Source: Octopus vulgaris
Taxonomy: Eukaryota
Reading direction: 5' to 3'
DNA: 64,000 nucleotides
Assembly: GCA_951406725.2 (NCBI GenBank)
Contig: OX597824.1
Location: 2,108,001 to 2,172,000, forward strand
Made by a program: the position numbers and the translations under genes. Below, piece after piece: positions 1 through 14,023 of this stretch. The notes below the pieces were generated by a model. That model made no database searches, had not been told where the DNA came from, and was given only the letters and a program-made list of their open reading frames with translations. Each line of letters starts with the position of its first letter. Position 1 is the stretch's first letter.

Positions 1-260
1 CATGGCGACTGCCGACAGAAGGGTCACACAGGAGAGCGAAGAAATAGGGGAGATAACAAAGTGAACATGACCCTCAATACGAAGGTGGGTGTGTGTATAA
101 GAGAGTACGTATGTGCGTGTGAAAGAGGGCTGGTGGTCTGGATGTGTGCGTGTATGTACGTGTAGGTTTGAAAATGTGGGGATCTGAATGTGTCAGTGCT
201 GGTGTGTGGGTGGTGTGTTTTGATGTGATGTGTAATGTTGTATGGTGTAGTGTGGTGTGG

Positions 261-311
261 TGTGATGTATATATATATATGTATGATGTATGTATATATA
301 TATATATGATG

Positions 312-353
<42 letters not shown>

Positions 354-411
354 GCAAATAAGTTAAGTTGCAATGATGTATACATGTATATATATATGCA
401 TGCATGTTTGC

Positions 412-454
<43 letters not shown>

Positions 455-555
455 CACGCACACACACATCTACAATATACATATATATATATGTATGTTT
501 CCACACACAAACACACAAGCTCACACACATGTGTACATACATACATGCATACATA
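261..555. repeat. (TA)n/(CA)n/(TG)n compound microsatellite
   Basis: Direct reading; source of the poly-YI/HT pseudo-ORFs in 74-671. Confidence 0.95.
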
Positions 556-1419
556 AATACCCGCAGAATACCTTTTATGCGGATGAGATGATTGAGATGA
601 AGTTCTTTGTGTTTTGTATTTAAAACTAAGACTGGAATATAATACGAAAACTTAAAGACTTTGAAAAACATGCACTATAATATTAAGTTTGGCATCACAT
701 ATTGACGTATTTTAGCCTTCCCATATTCTTCCCTCTTTTCTACTTTCCTCGTCAACTTCACCTTCACAAATTTTAGTCGTTCGTCAGTTATTTTTTCGGT
801 GTTTCCTTATTCTAATCTCGTGAACAAATGAAACGCAGATTTCGAAGACTAACCACAGCAGTGTGCAAATTTTGATGACTATTTGTTGATTAAGAAACGT
901 TAATAAGAGCAAACTGCACGCGTAGTTTGTAAGTGCAGAAAGTAACAAGTTGCTTGCAGGTGAATCGATATCCTGTTTCATACAATATTAAAACATGCAT
1001 TACACTGCTTATTCAGCCTGACTTGGTAATATTTCTGGAATACAATTTGTAAGCACAAATAATTAATATTGCAAATATTGTTTCAACAGCTCTTTATTTT
1101 TAATTCTGTGTAAATGTGTCAATTCGAAATCATTATTCATGTACGCTCACCTGCGTATACAACATTAATGGTCGTTTAGTGTTAACGATTAGCAAGACTT
1201 GCTTGCAATAGTCTCCTCGTATTACGGAGAAAATTAACACGATTATGTGTATAAGAATGTGTGTGTATGAGTGTGCATGCATGTATGAAGGTATGTATGC
1301 GTCGTTTGTGTGTGTGCGCGCGTTTATACGTAATGGGGGGGGGAAGTGAAAGTATCTTCGCAAATGATTAGTAAATGGTTTGCGAAAAATTTGATAAGGC
1401 ATCAATGAAATATAATAAC

Positions 1420-1627
1420 ATTAATAATCGTTTCTAATTAAGGCACAAGTCGGCAATTTGCGAAGAGGTCTTTAGTGGATATAATTGACCCCAATACTTA
1501 ACTGGTACATTACTTAATTGACCCCAAAGGCGAAAAAGGCAAAGTTGACCAAGGCATGATTTGAACGTAAATTGACGGAAGTAAAACGCAAAGTAATCTT
1601 CCCGATACTCCAATGATTATATCACCT
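1420..1627 (-). mobile_element. Degenerate tRNA-derived SINE (Meta-like core)
   Basis: Plus-strand text ACTGGTACATTACTTAATTGACCCCAAAGGCGAAAAAGGCAAAGTTGACC is a diverged reverse complement of the core of the 4275-4505 SINE. Confidence 0.7.
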
Positions 1628-1639
1628 TGATTCATTTAT

Positions 1640-1870
1640 ATCGATTCTGATTGAATGTGTATCGTGAACAGTTGGAAGTTCTTTTGAAGGTCATCACTGG
1701 TGAGGAAAGCTGATGCTAAGGAATTTGCAGATGTGGAAGAGGTGAAGAAAAACGACGGAGGCTCCAAAAGGTCTCACTTCGCAAGAGGCTCCAGGATTGG
1801 TTGGAACAGGGGGAAACACGTCTTGACCAATACATTGCTTCAAATACAGAATATTTTTATTACTGAGCCT
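1640..1870 (+). mobile_element. Internally deleted mariner transposase relic
   Basis: LLKVITGEES (cf. ITGDESW, first catalytic Asp motif) is joined to FADVEEVKK...LDQYIASNTEYF (cf. mariner C-terminus F-x-D-V-E-E...C-I-x-x-x-G-E-Y-F); frameshifted. Confidence 0.65.
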
Positions 1871-2165
1871 GAGATCGTATATCTGGAGTTAACCATTCAT
1901 TGTTGCTAATTTCTTTCTTCATTTAACTTTTCATTTGTGCTAAAGGAATACTTAATGTGGTTCTACAATCAGTTTTAGCTGCTATTTCTGGCATGGTGGT
2001 GGCTCTTCGGTACCCTTAATTATAATTAAACTTATATTATTACATATCTATAATAATTACCTATACAGTTTCTTCCATGCTGGCCACTTGATATGATCGT
2101 TATTCTAAATAATGGTCTTGTCATTTATATATATTTTATTAATACTATATATATATATATGTGTG

Positions 2166-2205
<40 letters not shown>

Positions 2206-2642
2206 AGTATATATATATGTATACATATCCACATATACGTACATAAGTATAAATATATACGTGTGCAGGTGAGTGTGCATGTGCGTGTGTAAATACCAAT
2301 GTCTATCTGTAAATGTTCCCTATGTCTATAGTCCCGAACAGTTATTCTTCCATCTCTGACATATATACTTCTTTCTCAATTGAACCTCACTGAACTGCGT
2401 GTAGGATTTTCATTAAATTTCAAAATTGCTATCTTATAATCCATTTTAAAATCGCATTAATATTAATCATTCGTCGTTCATTTCCTTTTATATTCTCTTA
2501 CTGCGAATAGTTCTTCTTTTTCTTTAGGTTTTATTTTGAATTCAATGTTTGTTTCAGAAACCATATTTATCATTATTCTCAATGTCTTCGGGAAATGTTA
2601 TGTTATTATTAAAATAAAATTTCCAAAATATTTTATCATGGT

Positions 2643-2734
2643 GATCATCATCATCATCATCATCAACATAATCATCATAATAATCATCACCACCACCACC
2701 ACCACAAACCACAGCCACCACCACCACCACCACC

Positions 2735-2766
<32 letters not shown>

Positions 2767-2776
2767 AGTCATCACC
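2643..2776. repeat. (ATC)n/(CAC)n trinucleotide repeat
   Basis: Direct reading; explains the poly-His/poly-Ile ORF 2536-2838. Confidence 0.95.
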
Positions 2777-2898
2777 GTCGTTGTGCTGATATTTGCATTT
2801 CTAAAAATTTCATGGAAATAATTTTTCATTTGTGGTAAATGAAAAGTAAACATATCGGAAGGCATTTCTATATTTAATTGTGTATCGTTGTGCGTGTG

Positions 2899-2930
<32 letters not shown>

Positions 2931-3252
2931 AACATAATTGTTTTTTTTACATACGCGTATACATACATGCATACATACATACATATATATATATATGAAT
3001 ATATATATATATATATGTATATATATGCATATATTTATATAGGCATATATATATATGAATGTGTGTATATATAAATACATGTATATGTACCTACATATGT
3101 GTAATTTTTTGTGCATGGGTGTATGTGTGTGTGGTGTGCGTGTAATCATAATTTATGAAATTTACGTAAACACACGTTGACAGGCAACATACGCTGATGT
3201 ATAACATATATACACAAACATATATCCATATTTATATATGTATACAATCATA

Positions 3253-3290
<38 letters not shown>

Positions 3291-4274
3291 TATCCATGTA
3301 AGTGTTCGCATATAAATCATAATTTGTAATATCAAGTCACATAATATTTATATTATTAATATTTTTTAAAAGAAACTTCTAGAACGAAAATACAAATTAC
3401 TTTTAAATGTCTTTTTTTTTTCATTATGAACTTCTGAGATGTCATTTTCTTATGTATTACTTCGTTTCCATCTTGTATCTGGAACTTCTTTTCCAAGAAA
3501 CTTTGCAGCTGCGTTTAATAATTCCTGCCAGAATCCATTTTTGGTTTATATCTCCATTAATTGAGAATTATCAAGCAATCATGATCACCTGTGCAGGTGT
3601 GCACAACATGTCATAATACAGAGGAGAATGATAGAAGGAAATTAGTCAAAGCTCTACGAATGCCGCAGGCCTTGGTTTGTTTCTCCGTCAGTTGTTTATC
3701 TTCAAAAATGATGAATACAACGGATGACGAAAACATTAGGTCAACCGAGTCAGAGCTGGCCAATCTACGGCTGGAAATTTGCGTCGGTCACTTTGTCATA
3801 TAATGTGCGTTTCCTGGGAAACCTTTTTTAAAACCAGATGAAAATGAAAATCTCGTATATTACAATTATATATGAATGCTAACTGAGACGTTTTTAAATT
3901 AATGATGTAATTCCTTAATTCAATGCAAGATCGGTTTGGACAACTCTTACAAGCAAATGACAAGAAAAGCTTTTCATATCAGTTTCACATTATTCAAATG
4001 TAAAAAATTACATTAAATCATTAATAATTAGCCAGCGGTCACTGTTGAAAATGATTAAGAGTTTAGTGGACAGAAGAACTAAAACTAAATTTTGAAACTA
4101 AAATATCCCTTATGCATCCGGGTTCTGAAATTTGATTTAAGAAAACTATAGCTGAAAGTATTTATTGTAAACAGGAAAATTCAATAGCACAAAATAATGC
4201 TTCGTCTCACAATACAGGTATATATATAATATATACCGATTCAAATAGATCTGTTTCTAGTTTTTTTTCCATAC

Positions 4275-4505
4275 GGCGGCGAGCTGGCAGAAACGTTAGC
4301 ACGCCGGGCGAAATGCCTAGCGGTATTTCGTCTGCCGTTACGTTCTGAGTTCAAATTCCGGCGAGGTCGACTTTGCCTTTCATCCTTTCTGGGTCGATAA
4401 ATTTAGTACCAGTTACGCACTGGAGTCAATGTAATCAACTTAATAACTATGTATGTCCTTTTTTGTCCCCTCTGTGTTTAGCCCCCTGTGGGTAATAAAG
4501 AAATA
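4275..4505 (+). mobile_element. Full-length tRNA-derived SINE (Meta-like core, GTGGGTAATAAAGAAAT tail)
   Basis: Head GGCGGCGAGCTGGCAGAAACGTTAGC, B-box-like GAGTTCAAATTCC, core GTCGACTTTGCCTTTCATCCTTT..GGGTCGATAAAT..AGTACCAG; many related copies in the window; followed by (TA)n. Confidence 0.9.
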
Positions 4506-4517
4506 GGTATATATATA

Positions 4518-4578
<61 letters not shown>

Positions 4579-7500
4579 CAGATATACATACATATATTTA
4601 TATATACATGCATGTATGTATTTATATATGGTTAATTATATTTGGCAACTCTAAATTAGATTCCATACAATATATATACATATATACCACATCAATATTG
4701 TACTGCAGGTACAAATCAAGTTTACTTCAAAAATTCCTCTGCATTAACCTTCGCCTTTGGCGAATTGATAAAATTGAAGGGGGAGCCATGTCGCATGGTA
4801 ATAATTCGTTATGCTTTTATTTATGTAACTGTTAACACTTAATTTTTAATAACTTTATATGAAGCTGTTCCTGGTGTCGAAATATATATATCCTAAATAT
4901 AATTCTGGCAATCTTAATAATGATAATGTTTCACAACAGAGCAGCTTGATTGTTTGGAAAAACATGCAGAATTAATGGCATTAATGAAAGAGGATACCTG
5001 GTGTCTTCTGTGTCTCCCTTTTCATTTTACAATTCATAGCTAGTTTTTGAAGGTATCATGATATCTGTCTTTTAGATATCAAATACCTTCAGCTAAATGC
5101 AAAGACACCCCAACTGCAGCCTGAAGATAAACTCAGTCATGTATATTTCTGCTACATTGTGAAGTCGTTGTTAACCAGCAATGTCTATTTTGTGGATTTT
5201 TATCCTCTCAGAGTTAAGAAACGATTCTGTCACCCCCAAAAATTATATAAGTAAAACGAATTGTGAATGGATGAATTTTCTAGGTTCCTTGCTGATATAT
5301 TAATTAATCTGTGAACAATTTATTGTGTACATAGTAAGACGGGTAAGATTTATCTATTTCTGTATCTTTTTTAAATTCTAATAATGTAAGGATTTTATTG
5401 TGAAAGGGACATTTGGTATACAAGCATCATTTACATATCAATTTCATTGAAATACTAGTCTACAAACTGGAAAAATAAAATGATAAATTATAAGAATTGC
5501 CTGATAATTTCCGGACCAAATGATACACAAAAGAATGCATTCTGTTCCATGTTGTGAAAACATTCAGTTGTTGGCATCATGTTCACTGATAGGATTCCAT
5601 CTCCGATGCAGTATTTAAGGAATCATGTCTTGAGAATATGGATCGAATGGAATTATATTTAGATCTTGAGTCTCATAATGATCCACAAATCCCAACCTAC
5701 ATGTTAGTTCTTTTCTCACGTTCCAGAAATGTAATATGATGAAATGTAAAGAACTAGTGAGAACCATTTTACATTTCCCAAAACACCAAAACATAACTGC
5801 TTTGAAAGAACTTCTCAGATAAATTTTGGGAAATCGAAACTTCATGCCATCCTTAGATATGAACAACTAACAGAAATAAGTCGTACGGTCTTGAAAACTT
5901 GTGCAGCATTTTAACGATCCAGAGAAGAGACGAAGGCTCATAAAATTTCTTGCGGCAGAAAGCAGCAACTTTTCAAATATTTCTGATTTTATAGGTTTGC
6001 ATGCATTATCAATTCTATTTCATGGTTTTCATCAGGAATTTTAAGTAAGCAGATCTTATTAAAAATATCATTTGAGATCTCGTTTTTTGTGTTTAGCAGT
6101 CAAAATTCATGCTACTGAAATGCAAATTTGCATATTTTTCTCAGATATTACTGTAATTCATTAACCTATTAAATACACTCACTATAGCTTTTCAAAAAAT
6201 CATTAGTTCGTATATTGCAAGCATTTCCTGTACGCTTTCTTTGTGAAGATTATGGAAAGTAATACAAATTAGTACTTACAAAACAAAATTGCATACTTAT
6301 GAATATTTATGGACGTATTTTATAACACTGTGTGTATACAGAGATAAAAACTTGTATGTAAATTTATTTCCGGTCTGGTTTTCCTCAAACATTTCATATC
6401 TATTGCACTTTGCCATCCGTCCAGATGAAGCGAATTTGACCGTGTATTCTCTGAGGTGTGGAAAAACTCTCCATCAAATCCCATAATTCATTTTTAAAAA
6501 CGGAGATATTATTTTAGGCAATCCTATATAAAATATATGTGAACTGATGATACCAGAGTTCTGTCTGGAGCACCTGTTACAAAAGGTATGTTCGACCAGC
6601 GTGTTCGGGATTATTGACATAAATCTTTTCTTATTTTTTCTTTTGTTTCTGCCAGAAAGAAAACTAGCATTATTTACTGCCTCTGTTATCAGGTGCACCC
6701 CCACCCCATGAACAAAACAGAAAGCAAAATCATTTATCGGAATTCATGTTTTAAAGTGTCCCCTTTTCGATAGACTAACGCTCCAGCTATACTTGTCAAT
6801 TTAAGTGGATGTAGAATTAAATTTGTTTCCATTATGGCGTCATTTTCAGTTGAACTCTGTGTTACGTTCTCGTAAAGCAGTAAATGCAGCATGGTGTCAC
6901 TTCTCACACTGTAACCTGTTGTCCATTGTCACACGTTATAAGCTGATACTGTAGAGCTATTATTAGGCTTTCCATTTTGAAAGACTACTTATTAATAGAT
7001 TTATTCCAATGATATCATCACATTTTAATTATTCCACGTTTAATTTTAACTTTAAATGTCCTGGTACTTGAAAAATGAGAGTTTATTTTGTTTGCTCTCC
7101 TTAATTACAACAGCAAATGTCTGGCTTATGAACAGATATTTACAATCCTCTTGTTGTTCATTTAGTCTGTGAGGATTTCATGAGACAACTACGAGGCGCA
7201 TGGTTCTGTTATAACCATGGCAACACAGGTGTCCAATTTTTACAAATAAATGAATTCACAGCTTCTGTTTTAATTTCTATCTAGTCATTATCTTCGACAT
7301 ATGTTGTAGTGAGCCTTTAGGGTTCACAAGTGACAATCTCAGTTGTTGCATCCCTTGATCATATGCATCAATTAGAGAACATAGATTTCAACGTCATTCT
7401 AAAAGTGCTGACATTATATATTTACTCGTAGAACGAATGGTGCCATTGCCGATCCTCGGTTTCTCTATGTGGTTTGACATGACTTGCGTGCATTATGTTA

Positions 7501-7771
7501 GAAGCTGTGTTGATGACAATTAGTGATCACGTTCAGCTTTCACAAGGATTTTATTAAAATTGTTCATAAAACGAGAGAAATTAACTACTTGCTAAAATGC
7601 TTTATCAGTAATAATTAATACTTCAGAGAAAAATTTTGGTTTTTAAACGAGAAGTGAAAATGACAATTGACTTATACGCAGAAGCTTTAATGTTAGAGTA
7701 ACATACACGAAGAAAATACCATTACTTCTGAGCTTGAATAAAGAAAATACAGCTAAAAGACTATATTATAA

Positions 7772-7817
<46 letters not shown>

Positions 7818-7822
<5 letters not shown>

Positions 7823-8000
7823 AGAGTTTAGGAAAAAAAACAAGAGACGAAGACAGGTGGTGTACAAAACAAACAGATGTATTAGTATAACGCTCAGGAA
7901 TAGTAAAAGTGTTTTACGTTTCGAGCCTACGCTCTCCTACAGAAAGATACACAGAAAAAAACAAGGAGAGAAAAAACAGGAGAGAGAAAAAAATATATAT
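7818..8000 (-). mobile_element. PLE-associated short repeat carrying a variant minimal hammerhead
   Basis: Adjoins (TA)n and contains the hammerhead-like motif at 7909-7950. Confidence 0.5.
7909..7950 (-). ncRNA. Variant minimal type-I hammerhead motif
   Basis: Minus strand GTATCTTT-CTGTAGGA-GAGC(GTAG)GCTC-GAAACGTA-AAACAC: perfect stem II, palindromic ACGT stem III, non-canonical CUGANGA box. Confidence 0.5.
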
Positions 8001-8760
8001 ATTGACAACCAAAAAAATTTATGTTATAATTTAATCTTCCGTTATGCACTTAGAAATGTGGTGCGATACATCGAAAGCGTTTGCATTCAGTAGTCATAAA
8101 AAAAAATTGTATATGATAAGGAGGAGTTCTGGTGCGCTTAATGTACATTGCTGCTGTTATTCTCAACGTTCTCGTTGTTCTCAACTTTATAAAGCGACAG
8201 TGAATTATTGCCGATAATACAGCCACAAGCCAGGGAATTTACTATGTTCATTCGAGATTTTACTCTGTGAATATCGTTATAAGAAATAGATAATATCTCA
8301 TAGGGAATCAGTTTCATATGAATTGAAAATCAGCAAATTATCCAATACGTAATTAAAATAATAACTATTATATTAATCCAATTTCCAAATCTTAACCAAC
8401 GGAAGATAATTAACGGTGCTAATAAAACTGATGAGAATCACAGAATAATATATTTGCATCCGACGCAAGAAGATTCGACAAATGGTTGTAATTCTTGTTT
8501 CAGGCTATTCCGCTTTACACTTAGCCAAATGTATTTATGTCGAGAATTCCTTTCGCAAATATCCTCTTACTTTCCATTGGCATATTTCATCCAACGAAAA
8601 TGTCTGACTTGAGGCCAAAGTAGAGTAACCGCTTGGTTTTAGAATGCAAAGTTTATTGCACTGGTGAAGTGTTGTCTGTGTGTGTGAGAGTGTGTGTGCG
8701 TGCGCGCGCGCGTGTGTACATTCATGCTTATATGTACATACATATTCATATATATTCCCC

Positions 8761-8797
<37 letters not shown>

Positions 8798-9077
8798 GCA
8801 CACACATACATATATGCGAACTTAAGGTTTGTTAAAATATGTTTGTAACATTTGAACAGCCAAAGGCAAATTCCCTGCAGTTACGTGGAGAAAAAGTTCT
8901 TTCTTATGGTAAAAAAAGGTGTGACAACACCATATCTGTCCAGTGCTGTCACCCGTCAGATTCCTAGACATCGATGCTTCTGGTTTCTTAACCGTTATTA
9001 ATGGGAAATACCGAAGAGGCAACATATTTGAACAAATCTAAAGTTCGCTTGGCGCTCATATATTCATGTATGTACAT

Positions 9078-9780
9078 ACGAGGTATGCTCAGCTTCATTT
9101 TACCCACCAAAACTAAAGAGATGTAGGGGAGGAAAGGGTGCTATATGAGAAAACCTCGGTGGATCAGGTCAGTTTTCTGCTGTTACTCCGAAAGTGCAGA
9201 CGTGTAGTACGCTCTCGTCGGATTTTCGTTTTCACACAAGTTCACCAAATGCATCGATCCGAGACCCTAAACCTATGATTCATCAGCAGTGAAGATAGTT
9301 TTGATAAAATCTGACCCGTGGTTTGCCCAGTCCAGCAAGACCTGAGGAATTTAATTGCCGAGTTACTTCTGCTGCCTCGCCAGCTTCTTTGTGACGAATT
9401 TCGATGACACCCTCTGCACTCACTGATTCTGCGCTTATTCCAACTTCTTGAGCAATTTCCTGAATTGCTTCACGGTAGTTTTCCATGACTATTTGCCTAT
9501 CCTTCTCCATCGCTTCCTTACTTCGGTTTCTGAATAGCCAGCCTAAACGTGACTCTCTCTCTCCACTGAGGTGCAGTTATACTTGAAACGGTTGTAATAC
9601 TGATCCAGCTGGGTTTTTTTCCAATGTCGTCGTCGTCAGAAGTCTGCTGAATGTTTTGGATGGTTTTATCGGGCATCAGGTTTTGCCAAAACTTGTTGCA
9701 ATATCACAGCCCGATACGTTCGGTAAATCTGGCGAGCGCACAGTACACGTCTGTGCTCTATGCATAACAGCCGGAAACTT
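9078..9780 (-). mobile_element. Degenerate mariner element (N-terminal HTH region)
   Basis: Minus frames give ...YNRFKYNCTSVER...EAMEKDRQIVMENYREAIQEIAQEVGISAESV (mariner bipartite HTH pattern); TACGAGG mariner-type terminus near 9078. Confidence 0.65.
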
Positions 9781-10157
9781 ACGTGCCCTAACGGTAAGAA
9801 ATTTCCATGCATGCGCAGGAGACGTGGTGTCACTTCTCACACGGCATTAGTCTTGGCGGTCGCACTTCCTATATATAAGTGGTAAGAACATTTCAAAGGC
9901 GGTGTGTAATACACAGAGATAATTAGTGAAGAACCTGGATCACGTATTTAAAATCTAACTTTGAACGTGGAAGGAGCGAATTTAGGCCAATAAGTCTTGG
10001 TTATAGGGAATGTAACGGTCGAGCTAATGAAAAAAAATAAAATGATAGAAAGCCGGTTGTTAAGGGCGTCAATGCGTTTTACAGAAGTGTTTATAAAATA
10101 TGTTTTTCTGCATGAGACTATAAACACACATACACACACACATATATATATGTGTAT

Positions 10158-11100
10158 GTTAAATAAAATAAGATAACAAGGCCAAGGAAATTTGATATTT
10201 CTAGGATATTTATAAATAGAAAGGTAGTCTTACAGCTGTTTCAGGGAAATAAATGATATCTCATCAACAGAGACGAGTTCAAAGAGCTTCAATAAAAGGA
10301 ATTAGTAGAATTCATCTTTTTAGAAGTTATTCTGGAGAGGGAGAGATATAAAAGAAATTAGATATAAATGCAGAAAATAGTAAAGGAAAAGATGAAAATA
10401 AAAATACATATTAGACGTTAAAGTTGGTATTCCGTTATCCACGATATGTGTTGTGTAGAATGGGTAAAGAAGCTTCGTGCCCATGATGTGTAAAGTCCGA
10501 TAAGAATACATATGTTGTTATTTCAAAGAACAGTTTGCAGATATTAATTCCATGTGTTGTTGGTCATTCAAAAGTATCTTGTAGTAGAAATGAATTTTGA
10601 GAATTATACTTGTATGGGGAGTAGATAAAGAGAGAAATGAATAGGTAAGAATATAAGATGGAATAAAGAAATATGTATTGTTGTGAGTGGAATTGATTAA
10701 AGGAATTAGGGGAGTGGTAGTCATAATGGCTAGGTTAGAGATAGGGAAAGAAAAAGAAAAAGAAAAAAGAGAAAAAGGAAAAAGGTGTGCAAGATGCTGG
10801 TCAAGATATTACAAGGGAGTGGGGAGAGGAGAGCTATCGATAGCTAAAAGGAATAGGGGGGGGATAGAAAGAAGATATAAGAAGATAGAGGAAAGGAGTT
10901 TGTGTGAAAAGTTGCAGATGGAGATAAAGAATGTGGTACAGAGAGGTGGATGGGGGTATTAGATGTGAGTGGTAAACCTTGAGTAGGAAAGGAAGGAGGA
11001 TGAAATGATAAGGAAGAGTGCTAGGAATTAAAGGGTGAATGTGTTGCGGGGTGAAGGGTCAAGTTTCTAAAAATAGACGTCGGCATTTATGAGAAGTCAG
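10158..11100 (-). mobile_element. PLE-derived non-coding repeat with hammerhead motif
   Basis: Strongly purine-skewed plus strand, microsatellite flanks, hammerhead-like motif at 10227-10274. Confidence 0.55.
10227..10274 (-). ncRNA. Degenerate type-I hammerhead motif
   Basis: Minus strand GTCT-CTGTTGATGA-GATATCATTTATTTCCCT-GAAACAGCTGTA-AGAC: stem I GTCT/AGAC, palindromic stem III ACAGCTGT, core with extra 3 nt. Confidence 0.6.
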
Positions 11101-11274
11101 AGAGTGTAGCAGCCAAAGCGGAAATCTATGGTGGGTACTGATAAATCATTGACAGAAAGAAAAACATGTATGTAGATATACACATATATATGCACACGAG
11201 CACACACACGCATATGTGTATATATACACATATGTATATTAACCCCCCCCCCCCCCCGCGTAATCACGCATGTA

Positions 11275-11305
<31 letters not shown>

Positions 11306-11373
11306 TGGTAAAAACGGTAAGATAACAAAAGAAAGAGACCTCAATATTATGTAAATATATACATATCGATACC

Positions 11374-11475
<102 letters not shown>

Positions 11476-11536
11476 AAAAATAGAAGTTGAAAATCACTAA
11501 GAATGATTAAAATATTTTTTATTAATATATTTAAAG

Positions 11537-11575
11537 CTTTAACCGGTTTTACAGTTTCCACCGTTTTTCAAAAGG
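11537..11575 (-). ncRNA. Degenerate hammerhead motif, U3/A8 core variant
   Basis: Minus strand CCTT-TTGAAAA-ACGGT(GGAA)ACTGT-AAAACCGGTT-AAAG: stem II pairs, palindromic ACCGGT stem III, G12 replaced by A. Confidence 0.45.
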
Positions 11576-11621
11576 TTCAAATAAAAAGACATGTCTTATG
11601 TCTCAGCTTGTCTTGCTTCTG

Positions 11622-12809
11622 CTTATCTTTATTTGGCACCCAGGCCATAACATACAGGGGACAGCACAAGAACAAACCAGATAGTTCTGAGGGGACATAA
11701 AACATAAACGAATGAATATGAAAAAAAATGTCTAATGAAATGGCTGCTCAAGCAGTACCATTTTACTGTTAATACAAGTTATGAATGTTTTCTTTTTCTT
11801 TCTTTTTATATCCTTTTTCTCGTTTTTTAAAAATATTTCAGAAATTTAAATCTATTTCCTCTTTTGTTTTCTTTTTCTCCTTTGTTATAAAGTCTATTTC
11901 TTTTTTTCTCTTTTAAATTACTCCTTTATTACCGTTCATGTAACTACTTTTGGTAGTTCCTCAAACTCAATTTATTTTCCCCAAAGGGTTCACATCACCT
12001 TTAAATAGTTCCTTCAACCGTTTATAGCTTTCCTTGTCAATCACCACACCCTTTATGTATTCCGAGCAATGTTCAGTTCGTAATTCAATCCTTACTGCAC
12101 CCCTAAACTTCACTATTTCCTCTCCATGGCGGCACCTTTCACATATGTTACTACATGCCACCTTTTCTTATTCGTATTTACTTGTTTACGTCCCAGACCG
12201 GAACTGTCCAGGCTAGTCATTTCCTTTGGTTCCTCCGTCTGTACATAAACACAATCGTCCACCATTATATCCTCCACTATATGTTATGACACTACTGCTG
12301 GTATATCTGCCCAGTTCCTCGGTAGCTCCACTATTTTCTCCTCTACTTCCTTCTTTCATTGTTGATTCTCTGTCGCATAGTTCCCAGCTCCTTTCTCTTT
12401 CGATTATTTACAATAATAAATGTCTCCCCTTTACTTTCCTCCATTTCCGACCTCTCCTCCTCTGCGGGTTGTTGTTCCCCTGCTTACTCTCTTGCTGAGG
12501 GCACCCCGCCCTCATGTGTCCGTTTTATTTACATAGAAAACATGTTGGAGGTCTTCTCTCTGCCACCAGTCTTAGCGTAATATTTTCCGGTAAAATAATC
12601 TCTCCCATAATTCCATCTAGGTCCTTTAACCCAACTTGAATTGTGATTTTTAGGCCGTTTCCCCACCAGTTGACTTCCTTCGTTCTGGTTATCTTCAGAC
12701 TCCTTGCATCTTCCTCCATCCCGTGCATGACTGCTGCCACCAGCCATGCCTCTTCGATCTCTGCCGACTCTCACTCTGGCAACACGTTTGCCACAGTACA
12801 TCGGCAAGT
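11622..12809 (-). mobile_element. Gag-like (Tx1/L1-type ORF1) zinc-knuckle element with LINE-like 3' tail and no RT; 5'-truncated, frameshifted
   Basis: ...LRLVAERRPPTCFLCK*NGHMRAGCPQQ is a CX2CX4HX4C knuckle; ORF remnants run down to about 11967, then an A-rich 3'UTR and the tail TGTCCCCTGTATGTTATGGCCTGGGTGCCAAATAAAG. Confidence 0.75.
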
Positions 12810-12990
12810 ACAAGGGGATAAACACAGAAGGGACAAACAAGGACAGACAAAGGGATTAAGTCGATTACATCGACCCCAGTGCGTAAGTGGTACTTAATTT
12901 ATCGACGCTGAAAGGAACTCAGAACGTAACGACAGACGAAATACGGCTACGCATTTCGTCCAGCGTGCTAACGTTTCTGCCAGCTCACCT
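12810..12990 (-). mobile_element. tRNA-derived SINE with internal core deletion
   Basis: Same family as 4275-4505; lacks about 30 nt between GAAAG and GAACTCAG; tail end fused to the gag element. Confidence 0.85.
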
Positions 12991-13190
<200 letters not shown>

Positions 13191-13879
13191 TGTGACAAAA
13201 AATTAATTGGGAACTGTATAACGTTGAAATTGTCTAGAAGAAGCATTAGGAAAAATATATTTTGACCTAGAACTAAACAATAAATCGAATATGCATGAGA
13301 GAAATTAACTTGTTATTCAATAGAAATGACTTAAGTTTTCAATCAATGATTATAATTTTACAAGCGTGTTTTGATAATTCATTTGAGAAAAAGGAAAAAA
13401 CAAGTGATAATTTTAAAGTGTCAATCTAATTTTGCTTACCATTTTATTACATCTTGGGTGAAAGACACTATTTCATACTTAGCGACATTATAGCAATGAT
13501 AAATACAATTTAAGCGGGGATTTATATTGAGAAAAAATCAACTCCGAATTCGAAGTTAATTCAATTTCATTACTGCAAAGTAGAATCAATTGAAATAGGT
13601 TTAACATGAGAAAAGTAAAATGTATCCGTAAACATTTAGCATTTTAACGTTTTAAGTTCAAACAAGAATAAAATTTGAGCTAAATAAATTTCCATTAATT
13701 TTATATTTACTGCAATGTCTACAACAAAAATAAGTTCCTCAATTACGTAACTCATTTAATTAAATTCATTATTTTATGCTTTTGAAAAGGATGTTCTTGG
13801 AATGATTTTTTCGTGATGTTCCTATTCTATTTCAAACTTCATTGAAAATTACATAATGATATTAATTAATCTATCAGCG

Positions 13880-13952
<73 letters not shown>

Positions 13953-13983
13953 ATATATATATATATATATATATAAATGCATG

Positions 13984-14023
<40 letters not shown>

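Noticed and set aside
8428-8496. CTGATGA-GAATC...GATTC-GACA hammerhead-like arrangement
   Set aside because: GAAA box is mutated and there is no convincing stem I or III.
6892-9842. 18-nt exact match TGGTGTCACTTCTCACAC at about 6892 and 9825
   Set aside because: No extension of similarity; compatible with chance.
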